Shown piece after piece: positions 53,238 to 64,000 of a DNA stretch of 64,000 bases; the first letter of the stretch is position 1; each line of letters starts with the position of its first letter. The stretch lies in contig CAJFCJ010000002.1 in assembly GCA_904063045.1 (NCBI GenBank), positions 2,351,891 to 2,415,890 on the forward strand, read 5' to 3'. The position numbers and the translations under genes were made by a program. This DNA comes from Dimorphilus gyrociliatus. Lineage: Eukaryota; Animalia; Annelida. The notes below the pieces were generated by a model that made no database searches, was not told the DNA's origin, and was given only the letters and a program-made list of their open reading frames with translations.

Positions 53238-55114
53238 TCTACTGGCTGTTAAACTTTCTAAATTTTACAAAGTTTAATCAAAGATATTCGCTAACAGTAT
53301 ATTAGAGGATTGGAGTGTATTAACAGATAATAAAATAACATTTCCCAAATCAGTTGCGTGGAATAATTGACAAGTAAAAGGAGCTTATTGTAATTTAATC
53401 TGAAATTTTTCAGCTACACTGCATATTATATATTTTATGTTTTGCTGTTAGAAGTAAAATTTTCTGAACATTTACCTTTGTAAATTTTCTTTTTATATCA
53501 ATCAATATTTAATGTCTAATGAGGAAAAGAGTGCGAATAGTTAGACGTATATAGAAGATTAATTTATGAGCTTAGAATATTGTTATAGCTGTGAAATTGA
53601 ATGATAAATAAAAGAAAAAAAGTGTTTTCTGAAATTTTCTATTTATCTCCTTTAAGTTAAGTCTCAGTTAATGTTTTACATTCAGATATTCTATTCACTA
53701 TCTATTCGAACTTAGGCTGCCATCTGCCGACTAATAACCATTTTCAATTTTCTTATCGATAGATAAAGTTTGTTACAAAATAATATATTTTACGGGAAAC
53801 CCTGGGAGGAATATTCCAGTTGTTAAATTCTTAACGAGTATGAGCATTTTGCAGTATACTACTATTTGAATATAATATATGAAATATTTGAAGAAAGCTT
53901 GCAATAACAGCTGACAAATAACGTGTCAGTTTAATAATATTTCTACGAAGGGGACGGTCGAGTAACGAAATAAATACGTAAACTATTAAGTCATTGAACG
54001 GTTATGAATATAATGGTGAAGTATATTTGATAAAGGGTAAATAGAGAAAAGGATATTTATTGAATTTAGTCGTTTATGAATATTTTTATTCCAGTTTGTA
54101 GTATTTACCAAGTTTTTTTTTATTAAAAAGAATATTATTTATTAATATCTCAAATCTTACAATTGATAATGGAAAGTCATCAGTTTTCATTTAGGTTCCG
54201 TAGGAAAAATTTTAGGAATTATATGTAAAGATTTTTTAGGATAAAAAAAATCGGCTTCTCTTTAATCCGTTGATTTCTTTCATTTCCCCATAGACTTTCG
54301 CCATTGTAAAACCTTAGTTACTTTTTAAAGAAAGTAATAAAAAACTTAACACATCTTCATCTAACCTAAAAAGTAGTATAAAAAAACATTTGAATATTTC
54401 ACAATCAATTTAGTTCACTTTTAGAAATAAAAATATTTTGACAAACATAGCTTGAGAGGTAATAAAAAAAATAAAAATCACATTTATTTCTAAGCCTGTC
54501 ATACCATGGTTATCTTGTATGGAATCTTTCAAGAGATAAGATTAAGCTTTTCTTCACCATGCACAAAATTTCGTATTCTCAATCAACGCTGATGACATAT
54601 TTTTTTCATATATTAAATGAGATATGAAGCATTTACATTTTCCTTGTACTGTATTATCGAAATATTGGATATACTGTATATTATAGTATACTGTGTTAAA
54701 TACTGTAGTATATTATATTATATACTTGTTAACAATATTTTCTGTTTGATATTCATTTGGAGGAGATGATTTTTTTTATTGCAATCTTTATTCATTTGTA
54801 CGTAAATCAAAGTTATTTATTGAGAAATATCACTTTCTAACATGAAATTTTCTTGAAATCCTTCTCATAAATACTGATTTTATCGTATATTTTACCAGTT
54901 CTATTCATATTTATTATATTAAAGTATATTTACCTAACAAAGTAGGTCAGAATACATACTTTAATATATTACTCCAATTTTATACTCAAAATTTCATTTT
55001 CAACAATAGAAAACATGCTATCTTTATTATAGAATTATATTATAATTTATTTTCATTTTTTATTTTCATCTAAAGTTTTTACATGATTTCTCTTAATATT
55101 CTAACGAAAAATGG

Positions 55115-55117
<3 letters not shown>

Positions 55118-55148
<31 letters not shown>

Positions 55149-55560
55149 AGAGATGGATGAAGATAGACAGAAAGAAAGAAAGAAAAAAGATAAACTACCG
55201 AGAATTTTCTTGCGCATAATTATACTAATCGATTCTTGCCTTAGGAAATATTTCAAATGATTGGAATAAGCTTTCTTTTTTTTTTGTTTTTACATCTCTA
55301 ATCTCGATGAATCATCTTTCGTATTGGTCTAGGAAATTCTGAATTTTGTATGAAAATTAATAAACCTAGCAGCGTTTTTGACATTAGAAAAAAACTCTTG
55401 TATTTTAAATACACTTCTCTTTTCTTCTTGGATAATTAATGAAAGTTGGATAAATAAACCAAAGCGTAAACTATTTGATTTATTGCTTCTACTTTTTATG
55501 ATATGTGTATTCCTTCATCAGAGATATCGCGAATGAAGACGATAAGGACACATACATACA

Positions 55561-55597
<37 letters not shown>
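55118..55597. repeat. (AG)n at 55118-55145 and (AT)n at 55564-55597
   Basis: Perfect dinucleotide runs in intergenic DNA. Confidence 0.95.
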
Positions 55598-55600
<3 letters not shown>

Positions 55601-56622
55601 TTATAGAGACAGAGAGAAAGAGAGAGAGAGGCAGAAAGGAGAATGGAAAAGAGAAATATACAAAATAAATTTCATATGTTTCAATTTATCAATTATCTAA
55701 CTACTTTTGTATTCTTATACAATAGACCTTTACAAGAAGATAAAAGTATCTTATATTTTATTCTGTAAGTTGAGCATATGTATATTGACTTGATTGACTT
55801 GATTTCATTTTCTTTGGCGGTCTGTGAATTTAAAGTTTGTTCGAATTCCGAATTAGTTATTATTAAGAATGAAACTCAAACATATGCTGCTATTGAAGAG
55901 TGTAAAGAAACGTGTTCAACTGGATATTATATAGTTTTTTAAAAGTGATGTTTGAAATATAAGAATGTGCTACTAATTTTCTTCTCAATAAATCTTTTAG
56001 TTAGATCTTCAATTATGTTTGGATAGTTTTATTTTTCTTATAAGCTCAATTGCGATTGAAAATCATTTTTAGAGGAAATGTTCTTATAGATTATTACCTA
56101 TTTCTATTTTTCACATAAAGAATGAAAGATAGATGAAAAGATATATAACCATTTTAATAATAGAAGGAGTGTTTTGTCATTTTTCAATCGTAATACAAAA
56201 AGCATTACCATACTTTACAAACAAAGAAAATTAGGTTATATAATGCTTTTTCTTGAGAATGTATTTACAAATAAGACTAGAAAATGATAAAGTTTTATTA
56301 TTTATTCGCACCATCTGGGCGTTTTTATTGAATCTTTCTTTGTAAACGACATTTTACAGTTGACTTATACTATCATGGAAAAATTCCCAATTGAGTAAGT
56401 AATTTTGTACGGATTAAATAAGGAGAAATGTTGATAAGATATCAATAAATTGACTTAGAATTGGGTTCTTTCCACATAAAAAAGCATAAAATACTAAGGA
56501 ATAATATTTACAGTATTATATACGGGATTTATTTAACTAACAAGATGAATCTAATCAACAGAGATATTCTAACAAGGCGCCATCTATCGATTAATTAATA
56601 TTGTAATTATATATTTTCTTTT

Positions 56623-58053
56623 CTAATTAACTTTGCTTAACTTTTCTGGTAAGTTGGGCTATAAAGGTAGATGATATAAAGCCTAATAGGTTGTTGTTAT
56701 TATATTATCAAAATTTACTTTTGTAAAGGTTTTATCGTTCTCCAATTGTCCATCATAGACACTGGCTAAAATATTCCAAGAGTAAAGCTAATTTACATCT
56801 CTTTCAAAGTTTCAATAAACAGGAAATTGTATTGACGAGATTACAAGTACTTTCCTTCTCTAAGGATATAGCTCTTGCCGCAGATGCGATGAATAAACTT
56901 TGGACGAAGGTCAAGTCATTTCGCTTTTATCGAGTTTCCATTGATAAGGAATTTATAAGTTTTTCAGGGTAAATACTTGTTGACTTTCCTTTAAGTATCG
57001 TCCAACGATTTGTGAATATTCCCCTCCTCTCACGCCCCATATCTTCATTTTCGGCTATTCACAAAAGTAGGATCAATGTTAGTATTTTCTTCAACAAATA
57101 GATATACTGTCCTTGGAATAGAAAATTGTGAAATGTTGAAAAATTGATCGTTAGATGTCGCTTTTACTTCTTTTGACATTTTTCAGATATTCAAAGAAAA
57201 ATTGATTGATATTAAGATGTATTAAGAATTTTAAGACAACTGTTATTTTACTATATAAAATCTTAAAAAAGAATCATATAAATGGAAGCCGTTGCTGCGA
57301 TATGTAAAACAAGCGGTGTACTTGGTTTAGCATTGGAAGATTAATTGCTTATTTTACGCATCAAAGGATCAGATCTTCTACGAAAGAACAAAATATATTT
57401 TGTTGCCAATAGGGTCAGTTTTAATAATTTTTCCCTTCTATTTGTTTCTTTTTTTTTTATAAATTATCCATAGAATACTCTGCAAACTCTATTAACTTAT
57501 CAGCTTTTGTCATAATTGTTGAAAAACATCTGCCAACTGAGGAGTTCGGAATTTTGTCTGTAATTTTTCTTTTCTTTTATTTTTCGTATTCTTTAAACGC
57601 CAGACTAATTTGTTCCTAATAAGTAATAGAATGATGATAAATCAGATTCACCCCCTTTTCCTGATTGATCTTTAAGATTATGGATACTTTTCACCTGATT
57701 GTGTAAAGAGATTAGATTAGTCTTAAATCAGTATACGATAACTCGCAATGATAGAAAATTCTTTGAAATAATAAAATATAGTTATGAATGAAAGGATGTT
57801 TAAGTAATCTGATTGCTATAAATTATCTATTTTTCATTCCTTCTTACTTAACCTCGTCACTCGCCGAAAATAAAAAGGCTATAGATTTTCGTCTCCCTCC
57901 AGTTTTCCAGTTTGGATTTTCCCTAGTCGATGAAACGAACGTTGGGCATAGAATTAAACCTACTTCATATGAATTCCGCGAAGCAATTATGCTGTTAGCT
58001 TTTGAGCAATCCCTTAGCGATTCGAATATTGAGATCTCTTTGTATTTTATCAC
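56623..58053 (-). CDS. Probable multi-exon gene of unknown product; 3' half supported, 5' half uncertain
   Basis: Four consecutive phase-consistent GT-AG introns (53, 53, about 85 and 60 nt; one with a CTAAC branch site) give ..SIPRT/PKMKIWGVRGGEYSQIVGRYLKESQQ/RNDLTFVQSLFIASAARAISLEKE/TSVYDGQLENDKTFTK/PNLPEKLSKVN*. No family recognised. Confidence 0.4.
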
Positions 58054-58761
58054 ACTTTACATCCTACTTTAGCAAACAATTGAACAGGTGCAGGATAAAA
58101 ACAAACATTTAAATCTAATTTAAATATTCAACTACAAGTGACAAACATTATGGAAACCTTATTTAAATATTGATATATAGAAATTAAGGTAAACAAGTAC
58201 TTATAATACAAGTAAAATGTGTCTTAATCATAATCCCTTCTATCCGTCTTTGAACTATAACTCACTATCATTTTTAACCCTTTTCTCCTCGATTCCATTC
58301 GACAAATTTTAAATGTAAATTATTACCAAAAACTATGCAAGGAAACGAATGGAAGAGAAAAGAGAAATGATAAGGAAAGGAGAAAAAAGTAGTGGGCTCT
58401 ACCGACTATATATGAATATTAGATTAGGAGTGAAGCGAAATAAAATGAGGCGATTGGTGGTGCCGAAAAAAAAATATTTTTAGCTCTGTCTCTTTCCTAT
58501 AAACGTCTGCCATAGAATCGGCCGATCTCGAGTTGTTGTGAGTAACACTTCTCTCCTCTAACTCTGGTTTTTTTTTTTGGTATTTATTTCTTTTGTTTTA
58601 CTAAACTTCTTTTTTTTTTATTAAAAAAAAAACAAATATTGCTAAAGGTAAAAACTTTACACTGATATTTTTCAATTTTAACGCAATAACATATAATTTC
58701 TCTAACAATATTAATAATAAATTGATAATATATGATATATATATATATATGTACTGTATAT

Positions 58762-58765
<4 letters not shown>

Positions 58766-58804
<39 letters not shown>
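58766..58804. repeat. (AT)n microsatellite
   Basis: Perfect run. Confidence 0.95.
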
Positions 58805-58809
<5 letters not shown>

Positions 58810-59863
58810 ATTGTTAATGAACAATGTTTTAAATATTGACTAATGTTCAGCTTTAATACAAATCTATTAAACAAGAGTATTATACAATTGGAAGCATAAA
58901 AAAAATAGAAAAAATACCCGAAAAAGCGTCAATTCTAATAATATAAATAATCCTGTTTTTTTACTTGGTCATTAGATAAAATATTAGTAGGATTTAAAAT
59001 AATAATACTATAGAAAAAAAGAATTTAGACGCTTTGCATCTCTCGTATTTGTTAGCGTTACTTATATATATATGCATTAAATTTATTGTTTTGTTGTTTT
59101 ATCGACAAATCTGAAAATTTTGGTTGGGGAAGGTTGATTATATTTATTTAACCATATACTGTATAGGCTATTTGATTACACCATATTAGCAATAATACCA
59201 AGCCAATTTGTTAAAAGTTATGTTTCATTAATAATGAAAATATATATATGGTTGGTAATTGGGCCTTTTAAGCCCTCGAAGGTTAGATTGGTGAACCGTA
59301 TAGGACGATATTTCTTATTTATTAGTAGAAAAGGATCTAGACAGAGGACAAGATAGTGGAAATTTGGTCTAATTTTACAGTTGAGTCACATACCTTACTG
59401 GCGGAAAAAAGTGCCATACGATTCGCCGCCCTCAAGATTAATCGTCTTATAAGAAAATCGCGTGTATTATTAGACGCCGAAAGTTTGTCCAAGTGGGCCT
59501 ATAAAACGCACCGAATCGATAAAGCGCCAAGTTTGTCAGCTGCTACCAAGCTAGTGTTTTTTACTAGCTCTAGGTCACATATGCGTTTAGAATAGGCGAG
59601 TTTGAAATTAATTGATGTGGATGCGAGCTTTATTTATTATCAACTACTTAGGAATTTTATAAAGAGTGAAGTGTCTAACGTCAAGGGAGGTTATTAGGCT
59701 TTACATATTTAGTCTTATCCACAGCTCTCTCCCTTTACTCTTATTTTCGATTTATCTAGTTTGTCCAAAATCTACATGTCAAATGGTGTTTTTCAATAAA
59801 TTATACTAATAAAGAATAAATATACAGGTCTGGGATATGATGACCTTGGTTTAAACATCTAGC

Positions 59864-60821
59864 ATGAATAACTTTACAAGCAAGGTTAGTTCTTTTAATT
59901 AGTTGTTGTTGTCTTTTAGTAGCTGAAAAGCTACTGAATTTGATTCATTCTTTTTTTGGCCTTCCCGCCTAATCAATATTGTTACTTTGTACAGTCATGT
60001 TTGAATATTTCTACACAACTGTCCTTTTATATTAGGTGACTTCTTTAAGTATTAAAGGATGGAAAGACTTTTCGTCGGTCTTTACCGAACAAAAAACAAC
60101 TTTGGCAAGCGTCGACTCGGGACCATCCGAAGGCAGTTCACTTTTAGAGGGGAAAAAGAAGGTTCAAAATAAATTCTCCTCTAAGTAAGTAATGGAAAAT
60201 AAGCATTTCTATCTATTCGATAGTCCTTTTGGGAATAATTTCAATTGAGAATTCAATTATCAATTATTGTCACCTAGTATGAAGTTTATAGGTCTAATTT
60301 ACTTATTGCGAAGTAAAATATATCATTTTTGATATTAGACTATCAGTTAGTTGATCTGTGGCTTTAAATAAAAAGATTCTAATTATGATGATTGACTTAT
60401 CATCTTAAGAGATGTAGCATCTTTTTCCCTAAACTCCATCAACATAAAATTCTTGTTGGTGAAATATTGAAAGATTTCTTCTGTTTACATAAAAACGCTA
60501 TATTTTCATATAGGAAACGGAAAAGCGTCCATTTCGATGGACTTAGATAGAAATGTTTTAATTTTTTTTCATTTTTTTAGTAAAAATAACAAAAACGAAG
60601 ATCCTGGACAAGTTCAACCTTTGCTTGATAGTTCCCCCGATAAAGAATGGGAAGATAGACCAACATGGAATGGACTTGAAAGGGAATTTAAAGCAGATTT
60701 GGGCGTTGATAACAATATTGAGCATGAGAGTCGAGCGAAAGACCCCCTAGAAGAACAACTAAAAGACGATAAAAAACCAAAGCATAGAGATGCAATGAAT
60801 TTGATTGATTTTACCCAGTAG
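59864..60821 (+). CDS. Small (about 135 aa) protein resembling the ALPS2 / C-terminal region of ArfGAP1, without a GAP domain
   Basis: Exons 59864-59884, 60036-60184 and 60581-60821 are in phase: MNNFTSK/VTSLSIKGWKDFSSVF..DSGPSEGSS../..EWEDRPTW..MNLIDFTQ*. Confidence 0.55.
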
Positions 60822-60899
60822 TGGATAGTTTATTAAAAATAACGTATAGAAATAACAAAAGATAAGAAATATACTATTATAATCTCTCTCTTTTTTTAC

Positions 60900-60921
60900 C
60901 TCTCTCTCTCTCTCTCTCTCT
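60900..60921. repeat. (CT)n microsatellite; another lies at 27865-27884
   Basis: Perfect run. Confidence 0.95.
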
Positions 60922-62148
60922 GTGTCTTTCTCTCTCTTTCATTCTCTCTTCATTTTGAATATTTCCATATATTTTTTTTTATTAAACAAAAGGAAAAGTT
61001 CAAATTTTCTTGCAAGAGGAAATAAATTTAAATATATTTTCTAAAAGGCCTACAAGATGTAAAATATCAGTCCTATACTTGATAATAGTTTTCCAAATGT
61101 TAATTATATTATACTTTTTAAAACGGAAAAGAAAATAACGAGAAAGATTCTGAATGTGAACTTTATTTTTGCCGATGTTATATTCATCAATTTTTTATGT
61201 TATATATATATATATAGATAATAATAACAATAAAAGAATAGTAATATACACAATACGTGTAAAAAGTATTTGCAACATATTCATAGTCAAAAGATGGCGC
61301 TTATTTAAACTAGTTTGCACGGCTTTCTACCTTCAATCCACTACAGTCTATACAATAATAGTTACTGTTAATAGAGTGTTAAAATGGATGTTAAAAAAAA
61401 ATGATAAGGAAGGAAAAGAGGGATAGAGAAAGTCTTTTACACTCTAAAAAAGAAAAAGTTACTTAGTTTCCAATTTCTTCTGGGTTAGAATCCAAATGAA
61501 TCCTAAATTACAAATAAAACTATACTTTTAGCAGGTAATTTACAAAATTTCCTCTCTTATCCATAAACTTGAAGGAGCGAAAAAAATAAGAGTAATTCAC
61601 CTATTTCCTTTCCCCCCCTAATAAGATATAAAAGCTAGTCTTTAGAGAATATATTGACGGTCAAACGTATAGTAGCTGATTATATATACAATATATTATG
61701 TAATATATATTTATATATTATTTAATAAATCGTTATAATTAGTAATTAAAAAAAAATTAGATAATATTCATCCGAAAAAACGAATAGACGAAAATAGAGT
61801 TTATATCCGTCAATTGAGAATATTTAGAATTGTAAAATTATCTCTTTTAAAAGCAAAAACAAGATATTTAAAGTGTAAACTTATCCAACTTTATCGGATA
61901 AATTAATTCCTTTTTTCACTTTATTTAATCAGAAATAAATTTAATTAAAATAAATTTTGATATTTCTATTCTTGAAAACAAACATAAAAAGGAAAAACGA
62001 GACAAATTTGACAAACAAAAACAGTTATATCGTTTTTATGTGTTTTGCCAAAATACTGTTATTTTCTTATTTATACTAAGGTTTTATTCAGTTTATAGTA
62101 ATTAATAGTTATAAACAAGTCTGCTACTTTATTGTCGAATTGGGGTAG

Positions 62149-62752
62149 ATGGAAATGAAATTATTAATTTTATTGATTGCTTATCAAACAGGTTAAAATT
62201 TTTTTTTTAAAAAGAAAAATAAAATAGAAATAATTCCTTTTCTAAAATAGTTGGCTCTCGGGCTTATACTTGCTATCAATGCGGCGAGAAGGATCAACCT
62301 CCCTGCTATTCTTCTAAAATAGAAACTTGCGAAGGGATAAATTGCGTTATAAATTACTATTACGGAGTTTTAAAGACCAGATCTTGTGCGATTAATAAAG
62401 CCTATGGGACAACTGATCAATGTATGAGAACACCCATTCATAAAGTTTGTTATTGTCTATCAGACTTTTGTAATAACGATAAAATGAATAGAAAAGAAAA
62501 GGAACAAGGTAAAAATAGATTGTTAAAAATAGTCAATAGACAATTTCTTCATTTCCCTGATATTTAACATTTTTTCAACTAGATAAAATGAATGGAATAA
62601 GACAAATGCAAACAACGAATTCCTTCTCTACTCTTACAGTTAAACAACCATTTAAAACAATCGTAAGAAACAATGTTAAAAACAATTCATCATTAGTTTG
62701 CAATTCTAAATATCAATTGTTATTTATCCTAATTAATTATATAAACGTATAA
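62149..62752 (+). CDS. Ly6/uPAR (three-finger) protein, probably GPI-anchored; not in the supplied ORF track
   Basis: Signal exon MEMKLLILLIAYQT; exon with 10 Cys, TCYQC..PC..TCEGINC..RSC..QC..VCYCLSDFCN; hydrophobic C-terminal tail in exon 3. Confidence 0.85.
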
Positions 62753-63295
62753 ACGAATTAATAAGAAAATATACAATTTTACAATAACAAATGTATTATA
62801 TAAACAGTACATTACTAGTAAATTGTAGAATCAAAAAATATACAATTTCCAGCTATATACAGTAACCAAATATTAACCGTTTCTATGTAGTTTAGCAAGT
62901 TATCGGGGCAAAAATCAAATTACTTTGCGTAAAAGTTATTAATTTTCAAGTAATGATGTACGCAAAACAAATTTTATGGAATAACAAAACCAATTGTTAC
63001 TTCCTAGAATTAGACAAAATGATAAACTTATTCTATGTTGTCTACCGAAAATTTTATGAAGGAAAAAAAATATCTTTTCCTTATCTTCCTCTTCTTCTTA
63101 TCGTTCTTATCGAAAAAATTGTATATAAAAAATATCGCCAACTTTAAACTTTATCCAAAGATACAAAATGAATCTTTCGTTGTTTTAGGTAGTGACGCCA
63201 CTTTTGACAAGATAATCGATCTTATTTCTTTAAATGTGTTACTTCATAAATATTTAATATTTATAAAAGATTAAACAAAGAAAAATCTTTATATT

Positions 63296-63965
63296 TCAGC
63301 AGATAGAATAATTAAATCTTTCAGTTTGCGTAAATATCAAAGTATTTTTTGCAGGTTCAAAGAAATAGTCTTTAAAAATGGTATCAAAATTGAACTTTGA
63401 TAAGTAACAAACATTAATCGTCTTTTTAAAAGCTACACCTTGACAAACAGCGTATCTTTGGCATAATGTTAAACATTCATTAAGATTTTGAACAATTTCT
63501 TTCGTTTCTATAAATTCTTCTTTAATTATATTATCTACGGCTACCAAAACATAGTCTTTAAAGAATGAAAAGCGAATTATTAGCGAAATATAATTGGCAA
63601 AACCAATATTTACTTACCAGTTAATTTGGTAATAGGTTGAGATATAAATTCAACTTTGCATAATTCAAAACTTTGATTACTTTGTGAATAAATCTTGAAA
63701 TATGAGGTGAGGCTATGATTTGAACAAGGGTGAACTAGTCGGTTGGATGTCTTATTTTCTGTTTCGAAGCAGTCAAAGGATTTAAGTGGCATTAAAATAG
63801 TTTTTATTGGTTGAATAATAGATCCAAAAATAATCAAAATACTCTTTATTCTTACTAATTCGCCGGTATAGAAAATAAATTGATAACTTTTCACACATTG
63901 ACTGGTATACGGAATAAGGTTTACATGATTGGAATGAACAAAATGCGTGGGAGTTAAAATAGGAG
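63296..63965 (-). CDS. Secreted-type protein with C-terminal PAN/apple domain; 5' end outside window
   Basis: NLNECLTLCQRYAVCQGVAFKKTINVCYL is a PAN pattern. The preceding exon is open and ends FELCKVEF, loosely FTP / F5-8-like. Confidence 0.6.
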
Positions 63966-64000
63966 CTGCTTACAAAAGAAATAAATTATTAAGTCTTGAA

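Noticed and set aside
53300-56300. 3-kb region without a gene call, including a B-box-like GTTCGAATTCC near 55840
   Set aside because: Only short stop-interrupted frames; no cloverleaf or A box, so no tRNA call.
58584-58874. 96-aa ORF with IYIYIY, and similar ORFs at 7903-8312 and 61169-61426
   Set aside because: Products of microsatellite or AT-rich sequence with alternative start codons.
59482-59765. AGTTTGTC repeated three times near the ArfGAP1-like promoter
   Set aside because: Too short and AT-rich to separate from chance without genome-wide statistics.

Overview
AT-rich, gene-dense animal genomic DNA with mostly 50-70 nt GT-AG introns. This fits a compact-genome invertebrate such as a miniaturised annelid (inference only). 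About 21 protein-coding genes were reconstructed by hand across introns: cyclin L (5' partial), carnitine octanoyltransferase-like, TESK kinase, CTF8, an SDR, an orphan type-I membrane protein, TRAF6, a large EGF-repeat receptor, an allene oxide synthase-lipoxygenase (AOS-LOX) fusion, two double C-type-lectin receptors, stomatin, an intronless vWA-RS protein, a C19orf44-like protein, calreticulin, SLC17A9, RPS27, spermine synthase, an unknown gene, an ArfGAP1-C-terminus-like protein, a Ly6/three-finger protein and a PAN-domain gene (5' partial). There are also two identical, convergent 5S rRNA genes and two candidate snoRNAs inside calreticulin introns. Top observations: (1) the AOS-LOX fusion has an intact spliced ORF but appears to have lost the heme and iron ligands of both enzymes; (2) SLC17A9 has a duplicated, mutually exclusive exon pair encoding TM7; (3) the calreticulin introns hold guides whose antisense elements match conserved rRNA modification sites; (4) an inverted 5S pair brackets a lectin gene; (5) TRAF6 ends only 93 nt before the next same-strand ATG; (6) a CTCF-like 9-mer recurs at gene boundaries. 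Homologue alignments were made from memory and need confirmation by search.
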